From the NCBI RefSeq assembly GCF_006345805.1, contig NW_021823967.1, forward strand, positions 1 to 20,429: a stretch of 20,429 nucleotides of DNA. The letters are read 5' to 3'. Position numbers and translations under genes: made by a program. The notes under the pieces are model-generated. The model was not told where the DNA came from, made no database searches, and worked only from the letters and a program-made list of their open reading frames with translations. Of this stretch, positions 7,873-20,429 are shown one piece after another. Position 1 is the first letter of the stretch, and each line of letters opens with the position of its first letter. This DNA is from Octopus sinensis. Taxonomy: Eukaryota.

Positions 7873-10800
7873 ACACGCACATACACACTTATGCACAAAC
7901 ACACACACACACATACACACATAGACATATATAAGTACACGCACACTCACACACACTCATACATATACTCACATACACACATAGACATATATAAGTACAC
8001 GCACACTCACACACACACTTACACACACACACACACATACACACATAGACATATATAAGTACACGCACACTCACACACACTCATACATATACTCACATAC
8101 ACACATAGACATATATAAGTACACGCACACTCACACACACACTTACACACACACACATACACACATAGACATATATAAGTACACGCACACTCACACACAC
8201 TCATACATATACTCACATACACACATAGACATATATAAGTACACGCACACTCACACACACACTTACACACACACACACATACACACATAGACATATATAA
8301 GTACACGCACACTCACACACACTCATACATATACTCACATACACACATAGACATATATAAGTACAGGCACACTCACACACACTCATACATATACTCACAT
8401 ACACACATAGACATATATAAGTACAGGCACACTCACACACACTCATACACACACACACATATACACACATAGACATATATAAGTACAGGCACACTCACAC
8501 ACACTCATACATATACTCACATACACACATAGACATATATAAGTACACGCACACTCACACACACTCATACATATACTCACATACACACATAGACATATAT
8601 AAGTACACGCACACTCACACACAATCATACATATACTCACATACACACATAGACATATATAAGTACAGGCACACTCACACACACTCATACATATACTCAC
8701 ATACACACATAGACATATATAAGTACACGCACACTCACAACACAATCATAACATATACTCACATACACACATAGACATATATAAGTACAGGCACACTCAC
8801 AACACACTCATACATATACTCACATACACACATAGACATATATAAGTACAACGCACACTCACCACCCACACTCATACATATACTCACATACACACATAGA
8901 CATATATAAGTACAGGCACACTCACACACACTCATACATATACTCACATACACACATAGACATATATAAGTACACGCACACTCACACACATCATACATAT
9001 ACTCACATACACACATAGACATATATAAGTACAGGCACACTCACACACACCATCATACATATACTCACATACCACATAGACATATATAAGTACACCGCAC
9101 ACTCACACACACACTCATACATATACTCACATACACACATAGACATATATAAGTACAGGCACACACACACACTCATACATATACTCACATACACACATAG
9201 ACATATATAAGTACAGGCACACTCACACACACTCATACACACACACACCATACACACAGACATATATAAGTACAGGGCACTCACACACCACTCATACACA
9301 CACACACACATACACACATAGACATATATAAGTACAACGCCACTCACACACACACACCATACATATACTCACATACACACATAGACATATATAAGTACAA
9401 CACACGCACACTCACACACACTCATACATATACTCACATACACACATAGACATATATAAGTACCACGCACACTCACACACACCATACATATACTCACATA
9501 CACACATAGACATATATAAGTACAGGCACACTCACACACACTCATACACACACACACATACACACATAGACCATATATAAGTACAGGCACACTCACACAC
9601 ACTCATACATATACTCACATACACACATAACATATAAAGTACACACGCACACTCACACACACTCATACATTACCACATACACACATAGACATATATAAGT
9701 ACACGCACACGCACTCACACACAATCATACTATACTCACATACACACATAGACATATATAAGTACAGGCACACTCACACACACTCATACATATACTCACA
9801 CACCACATACACACATGACATATAGTACAGTACACACGCACACTCACACACAATCATACATATACTCACATACACACATAGACATATATAAGTACAGGCA
9901 CACTCACACACACTCATACATATACTCACATACACACATAGACATATATAAGTACACGCACACTCACACACACTCATACATATACTCACATACACACATA
10001 GACATATATAAGTACACGCACACTCACACACACTCATACATATACTCACATACACACATAGACATATATAAGTACACGCACACTCACACACACTCATACA
10101 TATACTCACATACACACATAGACATATATAAGTACAGGCACACTCACACACACTCATACATATACTCACATACACACATGTACATATATAAGTACACGCA
10201 CACTCACACACACTCACACATATACTCACATACACACATAGACATATATAAGTACACGCACACTCACACACACTCATACATATACTCACATACACACATA
10301 GACATATATAAGTACACGCACACTCACACACACTCATACATATACTCACATACACACACATAGACATATATAAGTACACACACTCACACACCTCATCACT
10401 ATACTCACACACACATAGACATATATTAACACGCACACTCACACACACTCATACATATACTCACATAACACACATAGACTATATAAGTACACGCACACTC
10501 ACACACACTCATATACATATACTCACATACACATAGACATATTAATGTACACGCACACTCACACACACTCATACATATACTCACATACACCATAGAAGAT
10601 ATAAGTACACGCACACTCACACACCACACTCATACATATACTCACATACACACATAGACATTATAAGTACAGGACAACACCACACACTCATACACACACA
10701 CACACACATACAACACACATGACATATATAAGTACAGGCACACTCACACACACTCTTACATATACTCACATACACACATAGACATATATAGTCCAAACGC

Positions 10801-13800
10801 ACACTCACACACACTCATACTATACTCACATACACACATAGACATATAAAGTACAGGCACACTCACACCACACTCATACATAACTCACATACACCATAGA
10901 CATATAAGTACACGCACACTCACACACAATCATACATATACTCACATACACACATAGACATATATAAGTACAGGCACACTCACACCCACTCATACATATA
11001 CTCACATATACCACAATAGACATATATAAGTACAACGCACCCTCACCACACCATACATATACTCACATACACACATAGACATATATAAGTACACGCACAC
11101 TCACACACACCTACATATATACTCACATACACCATAGACATATAAGTACACGCACACTCACACACACTCATACATATACTATACGCACATACACACATGT
11201 ACATATATAAGTACACGCACACTCACACACACTCACACATATACTCACATACACACATAGACATATATAAGTACAACGCACACACCACACACACTCATAC
11301 ATATACTCACATACACACATAGACATATATAAGTACCAACGCACACTCACACACACTCATACATATACTCACATACACACATAGACATATATAAGTAACA
11401 CGCACACTCACACACACTCATACATATACTCACATACACACATAGACATAGATAAGTACACGCACACTCACACCACACTCATACATATACTCACATAACA
11501 CACATAGACTATATAAGTACAAACGCAACACTCACACACACTCATACATACACAACATACACACATAGACATATATAAGTACACGCACACCACACACACT
11601 CATACATATACTCACATACACACATAGACATATATAAGTACACGGCACACTCACACACACTCATACATATACTCACATACACACATAGACATATATAAGT
11701 ACACGCACACTCACACACACTCATACATATACTCCACATACACACATAGACATATATAAGTTACACGCACACTCACACACACTCATACATATACTCACAT
11801 ACACACATAGACATATATAAGTACAAGGCACACTCACACACACTCATACATATACTCACATACACACATGTACATATAAGTACAACACGCACACTCACAC
11901 ACACTCACACACATATACTCACATACACACATAGACATATATAAGTACACGCACGCACACTCACACACACTCACACATATACTCACATACACACATAGAC
12001 ATATATAAGTACACGCACACTCCACACACTCATACATATACTCACATACACACATAGACATATATAAGTACACGCAGCACTCACACACACTCACACATAT
12101 ACTCACATACACACATAGACATTATAAGTACAAACGCAACACTCACACACACTCACACACACTCACACATATACTCACATACACACATAGACATATATAA
12201 GTACAGGCACACTCACACCCACACACACACTCACACACACCACACATACTCACATACACACATAGACATATATATACACAGGCACACTCACACACACTCA
12301 TACATATACTCACATACACACATAGACATATATAGTACACGCACACTCACACAACAATCATACATATACTCACATACACACATAGACAATATAAGTACAG
12401 GCACACTCACACACACTCATACCATATACTCACATACACACATAGACATATATAAGTCCACGCACACTCACACACACTCATACATATACTCACATACACA
12501 CATGACATATATAAGTACAAACGCACACTCACACACACTCATACATATACTCACATACACACATAGACATATATAAGTACACGCACACTCACACACACTC
12601 ATACATATACTCACATACACACATGTACATATAAGTAACGCACACTCACACCACTCACACATATACTCACATACAACACACATAGACATATATAAGTACA
12701 ACACGCACACTCACCACACTCATAACATATACTCACATACACCAATCGACATATATAAGTACACACACGCACACTCCACACACTCATACATATACTCACA
12801 TACACCACATAGACATATATAAGTACAACGCACACCTCACACACACTCATACATATACTCACATACACACATAGACATATATAAGTACACGCGCACTCAC
12901 ACACACCTCATACATATACTCACATACACACATAGACATATATAAGTACACGCACACTCACACACACACTCATACATATACTCACATACACACATAGACA
13001 TATATAAGTACAACGCACACTCACACCACACTCATACATACTCACATACACACATAGACATATATAAGTACACGCACACTCACACACTCATACATATACT
13101 CACATACACACATAGACATATATAATACACACGCACACTCACACACACTCATACATATATCACATACACACATAGACATATATAAGTACAGGCACACTCA
13201 CACACACTCATACATATACTCACATACACACATGTACATATATAAGTACACGCACACTCACACACACTCACACATATACTCACATACACACATAGACATA
13301 TATAAGTACACGCACACTCACACACACTCACACATATACTCACATACACACATAACGATATAGTAAGTACACGCACACTCACACACACTCATACATATAC
13401 TCACATACCACACATAGACATATATAAGTACACGCACACTCACACACACTCACACATATACTCACATACAACATAGACATATATAAGTACACACTCACAC
13501 TCACACACCTCACACACACTCACACATATACTCACATACACACATAGACATATATAAGTACACGGCACACTCACCACACACTCACCACACTCACACATAT
13601 ACTCACATACACACATAGACATATATAAGTACAGGCACACTCACACACACACTCACACATATAACTCACATACACACATAGACATATATAAGTAACACGC
13701 ACACTCACACACACTCATACATATACTCACATACACACATAGACCTATATAAGTACAGGCACACTCACACACACTCATACATATACTCACATACACACAT

Positions 13801-15724
13801 GTACATATATAAGTACACGCACACTCACAACCACTCACACATATACTCACATAACACACATAGACTATATAAAGTACCAACCACACTCACACACACTCAC
13901 ACATATACTCACATACCAACATAGACATATATAAGTACACGCACACTCACACACACTCATACATATACTCACATACACACATAGACATATATAAGTACAC
14001 GCACACTCACACACACTCACACATATACTCACATACACACATAGACATATATAAGTACACGCACACTCACACACACTCACACACACTCACACATATACTC
14101 ACATACACACATAGACATATATAAGTACAGGCACACTCACACACACTCACACACACTCACACATATACTCACATACACACATAGACATATATAAGTACAG
14201 GCACACTCACACACACTCATACATATACTCACATACACACATAGACATATATAAGTACACGCACACTCACACACACAATCATACATATACTCACATACAC
14301 ACATAGACATATATAAGTACAGGCACACTCACACACACTCATACATATACTCACATACACACATAGACATATATAAGTACACGCGCACACTCACACACCA
14401 CTCATACATATACTCACATACACACATAGACATATAGTACATACAAACCACACTCACACACACTCATACATATACTCACATACCACATAGACATATATAA
14501 GTACACGCACACTCACACACACTCATACATATACTCACATACACACATGTACATATATAAGTACAAAACGCACCCAACTCACACACACTCACACATATAC
14601 TCACATACACACATAGACATATATAATACAGACCGCACACTCACACACACTCATACATATACTCACATACACACATAGACATATATAAGTACACGCACAC
14701 TCACACACACTCATACATATACTCACATACACACATAGACATATATAAGTACACGCACACTCACACACACTCATACATATACTCACATACAACACATAGA
14801 CATATATAAGTACACCGCACACTCACACACACACTCATACATATACTCACATACACACATAGACATATATAAGTACACGCACACTCACACACACTCATAC
14901 ATATACTCACATACACACATAGACATATATAAGTACACGCACACTCACACACACTCATACATATACTCACATACACACATAGACATATATAAGTACACGC
15001 CACACTCACACACACTCATACATATACTCACACATACACATAGACATATATAATACACGCACACTCCACACACACTCATACATATACTCACATACACACA
15101 TAGACATATATAAGTACACGCACACTCACAACACTCATACATATACTCACATACACCACATAGACATAATATAAGTACAGGCACACTCACACACACTCAT
15201 ACATATACTCACATACACACATGTACATATATAAGTACACGCACACTCACACACACTCACACATATACTCACATACACACATAGACATATATAAGTACAA
15301 CTCACAATCCACACACTCACACATATACTCACATACACACATAGACATTATAGGTACACGCACACTCACACACACTCATACATATACTCACATACACAAC
15401 ATAGGCATATATAAGTACCAAACGCACACTCACACACACTCACACCATATACTCACATACACACATAGACATATATAAGTACACGAACACACTCACACAC
15501 ACTCAACACACACTCCACATATACTCACATACACACATAGACATATATAAGTACAAGCACACTCACACACACTCACACACCACTCACACATATACTCACA
15601 ATACACACATAACATATATAAGTACAGGCACACTCACACACACTCACACATATCTCACATACACACATAGACATATATAAGTACACGCACACTCATCACA
15701 CAACTCATACATATACTCACATAC
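7873..15724. repeat. 60-bp minisatellite array, about 130 units
   Basis: Unit CACTCACACACACTCATACATATACTCACATACACACATAGACATATATAAGTACACGCA. The 60-base rows starting 9901, 9961 and 10021 are identical, which fixes the period at 60. Confidence 0.98.
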
Positions 15725-15725
15725 A

Positions 15726-15841
15726 ATACATTCATAGCATTCATACATACATAATTCACATATATACATGTATAAATACTCATCCTACGTACATATATAT
15801 ATACTTACATACATATATATGTATATATATATGTATATATA

Positions 15842-15923
<82 letters not shown>

Positions 15924-16098
15924 ATCAGCCAAAATTGCGAGGATGATCCGGTTCTTGACTGACGATTAGAGGCTCCGTTTATTGTGTCGTCTATTTGAGT
16001 GTTTTGCGTTCTTGTCCCAATTTGTATTTATATATATATTTTTTTATTCATATATTATTGCGGCGTAACGTACATTTTCTTCTCTTATGTATGTATAT

Positions 16099-16141
<43 letters not shown>

Positions 16142-16520
16142 TATGCATATACATACATATGCATATATATATATATACATACATACGTATATATATACCT
16201 ATATATATATATATACATACATACATATATACATATATACATACATACATACATGCGCACATTCACATATATGCACGCATGTTTGGGCAAAAATACACAC
16301 AATGTTTCTTTAATATAGAGACAAACATCAGACATTCACAAACACACATATACACAAACACATGCACGCGAGCAGGCACCCATATCCACACACGTAAATA
16401 TATACATAGACACGTATACACATACACAGATACACAGAAATACAGACACATAGCAACCCGCATAGATGGGAAAAGACCCACAGACACAGAAGCATTATAT
16501 ATGTGTGTGTGTGTGTATGA
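15726..16520. repeat. (AT)n, (GA)n and (ATAC)/(AC)n simple-repeat field with a short unique insert at about 15921-16025
   Basis: Direct reading. Confidence 0.92.
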
Positions 16521-16553
16521 TACGATTTGTTATTCATTATAAACTCACCTAAG

Positions 16554-16700
16554 AGCAGTGGAATAGTGAAACCAGCAAAACGTCGGACAACAAGTCACAT
16601 TGTATTTAGTTCTTCACGTTTTGGGTTCAAATCCCACGGAGAATGTCTTTGATTTTCGTCTTTCTGTCCCCGCTAAATTAGGCATCGTTTAAGTACTGTT
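16554..16700 (+). mobile_element. Highly diverged SINE of the 17841-type family
   Basis: cttcacgttttgggttcaaatcccacggag...ttttgattttcgtctttctg...taagtact is a weak match to ttacgttctgagttcaaattccgccgagg...tttgcctttcatcctttc...taagtacc. Confidence 0.5.
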
Positions 16701-16730
16701 CCACTAAACTTCTCTTCCACACAAATATAT

Positions 16731-17055
16731 AGTAAAAAGAGTAAAGACTCCCTTCGGTCATCAATGACCATGGTATTGCACCTAGAAACTCACCCCCGAG
16801 GCACAAGTCCGAGAGAAGTTGTTTATGGAAGACTATGCATACCAGCCTCGCCTCTCCATGCCACTGATATTATCCAAGGGAAAGGCCGATATAGCTTGGC
16901 ACCAGTGACATCGCAACGCATTTCTACTGGAGCAACGGGAAATAAAGTGACTTGCTGAAAAATAACAAGATATCACAGAGCCCGGTCCGAGATTCGAACT
17001 CACCATCTCATGATTGTGAACCCGACGCTCTATTCACTGAGCTATGCGCTTCACA
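16731..17055 (-). mobile_element. CORE-type tRNA SINE (3' tail type 2)
   Basis: Reverse complement of the 18447-18780 family: head tgtgaagcgcatagctcagtgaatagagcg, B-box GAGTTCGAATCT, tail ...ggtcattgatgaccgaagggagtctttac. It has a 12-bp deletion in CORE relative to the + copy. Confidence 0.85.
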
Positions 17056-17068
17056 ATTATATTACTAC

Positions 17069-17419
17069 GGCACTCCGTCGGTTAAAATGACGAGGGTTCC
17101 AGTTGATCCAATCAACAAAACAACCTGCTCGTGAAATCCACGGGCAACTGGTTGAGCACTACGCAGACAAGTGTACCCTTAGCGTAGTTCTCGGAGAGAT
17201 TCAGCTGACCCTTTGAAATACAACAGAAACAAGAAGAAAGAGTGGGAGAAAGTTGTGGTGAAGGAGTACAGCAGGGTTCGCTACCACCCCCTGCCGGGGA
17301 AACGTGGAGCTTTAGGTGTTTTCGCTCAATAAACACTCATAACGACTAGTCTGGGAATCGAAACCGCGATCCTATGAACATGAGTCCGCTGCTCTAACCA
17401 TTGGGCCATTGCGCCTCCA
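17069..17419 (-). mobile_element. tRNA SINE with a non-CORE body and 3' tail type 3
   Basis: Minus-strand head TGGAGGCGCAATGGCCCAATGGTTAGAGCAGC, B-box GGTTTCGATTCCC, pyrimidine-rich body, ends ...gaaccctcgtcattttaaccgacggagtgcc. Confidence 0.82.
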
Positions 17420-17426
17420 AAAAGAA

Positions 17427-17682
17427 GCACTCCGTCGGTTACGACGACGAGGGTCCCAGTTGATATGATCAACGGAACAGCTTGCCCGTGAAATTATTCC
17501 CAGGGACACGTGTACCCTTAACGTAGTTCTCAGGGAGAGACATCCTGACAGAGAGTGTGACAAGGCTGGCCCTATGAAATACAGGTACTACCCATTTTTG
17601 CTAGCTGAGTGGACTGGTACAACGTGAAATAAAGTCGCCGGGAATTGAACTCACAATCTCGCGATCGTGTGCCGAAGCCCAA
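17427..17682 (-). mobile_element. CORE-type tRNA SINE with 3' tail type 3 (A-box lost, internal deletion)
   Basis: Shares gcactccgtcggtt...gacgaggg...cagttgat...gtgtacccttaacgtagttctc with 17069-17190. It also carries CORE catttttgctagctgagtggactggtacaacgtgaaataaagt and the B-box complement gggaattgaactc. Confidence 0.8.
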
Positions 17683-17684
17683 TT

Positions 17685-17832
17685 ATATATATTTCTTTAC
17701 TACCCACAAGGGGCTAAACACAGAGGGAACAAACAAGGACAGGCAAACGGATTAAGTCGATTACATCGACCCAAGTGCGGAACAGGTATTTAATTTATTG
17801 ACCCCGAAAGAAAGAAAGGCAAAGTCGACCTC
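17685..17832 (-). mobile_element. 3' half of a 17841-type SINE
   Basis: tatttctttactacccacaaggggctaaac...ttaagtcgattacatcgacc...gaaaggcaaagtcgacctc is the reverse complement of 17928-18056 and 18379-18432. Confidence 0.85.
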
Positions 17833-17840
17833 AAATAAGT

Positions 17841-18432
17841 AAGGCGGCAAGCCGGCAGAATCGTTAGCACGCCGGGCGAAATGCGTAGCTGTATTTCGTG
17901 CCGTTACGTTCTGAGTTCAAATTCCGCCGAGGTGAACTTTGCCTTTCATCCTTTCAGGGTCGATTAAATAAGTACCAGTTACGCACTGCGGTTGATATAA
18001 TCGACTTAATCCGTTTGTCTGTCCTTGTTCAGCCCCTTCTGGGTAGTAAAGAAATAGGTATTTCGTCTGTCGTTACGTTCTGAGTTCAAATTCCGCCAAG
18101 GTCGACTTTGCCTTTCGTCCTTTCGGGGTCGATAAATAAAGTGAATATATATATGTAAGCATGTATGTATATATGTGTGTGTATGTATGTATGTATATAT
18201 ATATGTATGTATAAATATATGTATGTGTATATATATACATATATACATATACATATATATATATATATATACACAAATATAAATACATACAAACAAATAT
18301 ATATACATGTATACAGATACGGGTAGCTATATATATATGTATATATACATATATATATGTATATATATATATATATATGTCTGTCCTTGTTTGTCCCCTC
18401 TATGTTTAGCCCCTTGTGGGCAGTAAAAAATA
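17841..18432 (+). mobile_element. tRNA SINE with a Nin/Deu-like central block, plus a tandem second unit (18057-18142 and 18379-18432) split by a microsatellite (18143-18378)
   Basis: B-box GAGTTCAAATTCC (17913-17925); central gcctttcatcctttcagggtcgattaaataagtaccag resembles the Nin-type conserved SINE domain (from memory). The block gtatttcg...gttacgttctgagttcaaattccgcc recurs 167 bp later. Confidence 0.85.
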
Positions 18433-18446
18433 TATATATATATATA

Positions 18447-18780
18447 TGGCTCAGTGGTTAGAGCGTCGAGCTTACGATCGTGAGGTTGTGAGCTGGAATC
18501 CCGGACCGGGCTGCGTGTTGTGTTCTTGAGCAAGGCACTTTATTTCACGTTGCTCCAGTTCACTCAGCTGTAGAAATGAGTTGCGACGTCACTGGTGCCA
18601 AGCTGTATCGACCTTTGTCTTTCCCTTGGATAACACTGGTGGCGTGGAGAAGGGAGGCTGGTATGCATGGGCGACTGCTGGTCTTCCATAAACAACCTTG
18701 CCCGGACTTGTGTCTAGGAGGGTAACTTTCTAGGTGCAATCCCATGGTCATTCATGACCGAAGGGGGTCTTTACCCTTTA
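18447..18780 (+). mobile_element. CORE-type tRNA SINE (3' tail type 2), near full length
   Basis: A-box TGGCTCAGTGG, degenerate B-box GAGCTGGAATCCC, CORE ttgagcaaggcactttatttcacgttgctccagttcactcagctgtagaaatgag, 3' hairpin GGTCA-TTCA-TGACC, tail ctttacccttta. Confidence 0.88.
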
Positions 18781-19545
18781 TATATATGAGTGTGTGTTTG
18801 TGTTGGGAAGAGTGCATGCGTGTGTATATCTGTGCGTGTGTGAGTGTACAGACAGACAGACAGTTAAACAGGCATGCGGACAGACACGCAGACAGACAAA
18901 CTGGCAGACAGTTATATACAATCTCAAAAGAAAGTAAAAAAAAAACAAAAAAACAAAATCAACAGTCATGTTATACAGTAAAATTCAAAGGAATCTTAAA
19001 CGGCCCTTTTTTGCTCTCCAACCTCAAAAATCTATTGAATAGTCTATTATATATATTTTTCTTTCTCTATTCTTCCATTTTGTTTTCTTTTGAATATGAA
19101 GCTGATGTATGATCCGTTGATTTCTTTTCTCTATTCATCGCCCCATAAGTACCAGTAATTTACTGGTTTCTCTTAGATTCATCACCTCAGCCACTTATAT
19201 AAAAGATACTTGTATGTTTGTTTAATTACTGATACATTTTGACTCACATCTTTCTCATAATTATATATGTTTAGCCGTTCGTCTGCGCCGCGCTTTTCTT
19301 CTTTATATCATTCCTTTATTTCAGCCCCTTATTTCAACCGTTCAGCTGTGCAGATGGCCCCCGCCTTAATTCTTTGTAAACCCCTATTTTGTTTTGTTTT
19401 GTTTGTTTGTTTTTTTTAACCTCCTCTTTTTTTTGTGTGTATTGTGTGTCTTATATATTTGTTGTTATCTTTCACTTTTGACTTTCACAATGGAGGAAAA
19501 GTTGACGTAGACACAGCAGGGGTCGCTCATTCATTTGTACACATA

Positions 19546-19802
19546 CACACAAACACACACACACACATACACACACGGACACAAACACACACACACACAC
19601 CACAACACACACACAAAACCAACACCACAACACACGGACACACGCACACACACGCACACACACACACACACACGGACACACACACACGCACACACACACA
19701 CACACACACACACGGATACACACACGGACACATACACGAGCACGCAAACGCGTAGACACATACACACACATGCTCAAACACATGCACGCACACACACACA
19801 CG
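19546..19802. repeat. (CA)n-based microsatellite
   Basis: Direct reading. Confidence 0.95.
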
Positions 19803-19825
19803 CAATTATTACAGACGACATGTAA

Positions 19826-20429
19826 CAATAACAACAACGACAGCAACAATTAAGATTCGGGCCGACTATAAACACCAACAGCAACAGCAACAGCAACACC
19901 GGCGACAGCGATGACACCAGATGACGACAATAGCAATAATCATGACGATGACGACCATCATGGTGATGATGATGATGATGATGACGACGACGACGACAAC
20001 GACGACTACGATGACGACGACGACGATGATGATGATGATGATCATGACGACGACGACGACGGCGGCAACGACGACGACGATGATGATGATGATGATGAGG
20101 AGGAGGAGGAGGAGGATGATGATGAGGATGATGATGAGGATGATGATGATGATGATGACGACGACGACGGTAACGAAGACGACGATGATGATGATGATGA
20201 TGATAATGATGATGAGGATGATGATGATGATGATGACGACGACGACGGTAACGAAGACGACGATGATGATGATTTTGATGAGGATGATGATGAGGATAAT
20301 GATGAGGATGATGAGGATGATGATGATGATGATGAGGATGAGGATGATGAGAATGATGATGATGATGATAATGATGATGAGGATGAGGATGATGAAGAGG
20401 ATGATGAGGATGATTGCGATGATGGTAGC
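19826..20429. repeat. Compound triplet microsatellite (AAC/AGC, then GAT/GAC/GAG), running off the window edge
   Basis: Direct reading; internal 78-bp-period duplication (ggtaacgaagac at 20169 and 20247). Confidence 0.93.

Noticed and set aside
9774-10448. Cys-rich 20-aa repeat ORF (CVYVSICMSVCECACTYICL)n and its His-rich antisense ORF
   Set aside because: A by-product of a 60-bp unit with no stop in that frame; frames break constantly elsewhere in the array and there are no splice or start signals.
7873-15724. CRISPR-like or array-based system
   Set aside because: The units are contiguous with no unique spacers, the context is eukaryotic, and there are no cas-like genes.
8740-15724. Numerous 1-2 bp indels between monomers as a sign of biological divergence
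   Set aside because: Scattered non-recurrent indels next to error-free stretches (7921-8700, 9880-10360) look like unpolished long-read error, so only recurrent variants were interpreted.
15921-16025. Unique insert between microsatellites that may be an interspersed-repeat fragment
   Set aside because: No second copy in the window and no diagnostic motif or ORF; cannot be assigned without a search.
18447-18520. Possible tRNA genes at the SINE heads (also 6986-7065, 7440-7517, 17345-17419)
   Set aside because: A/B boxes are present, but I could not form a proper acceptor or anticodon stem, and each head continues into a SINE body.
19260-19400. Pyrimidine tract plus CAG (tttatttcag, about 19314-19324) as a possible acceptor
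   Set aside because: No donor and no recognisable peptide downstream; such sites are common in AT-rich DNA.

Overview
Repeat-saturated, non-coding-looking (intronic or intergenic) animal DNA, very probably from a coleoid cephalopod of the Octopus type. That call rests on the extreme (AT)n/(ATAC)n/(AAT)n/(CA)n/(GAT)n load and on tRNA-derived SINEs resembling octopus families; no search was run. No intact host gene is supported, and essentially every ORF in the supplied track is a translation of microsatellite, minisatellite or SINE sequence. Main contents: a 7.85-kb array of a 60-bp minisatellite (about 130 units) with internal higher-order patterning; about a dozen tRNA-head SINE copies or fragments from several families, including a dense cluster at 16.7-18.8 kb with nested inverted symmetry; a Tc1/mariner (pogo/Tigger-like) MITE; a 5'-truncated R4/Dong-like LINE end with a 5' inversion of twin-priming type, abutting a decayed CCHC zinc-knuckle (Gag/ORF1) relic; and a degenerate minimal hammerhead ribozyme of the kind found in Penelope-like elements. 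I see no convincing novel multi-gene system. The best leads are the retroelement junction at 4.2-4.8 kb, the hammerhead relic, the minisatellite higher-order structure and the SINE module swapping.
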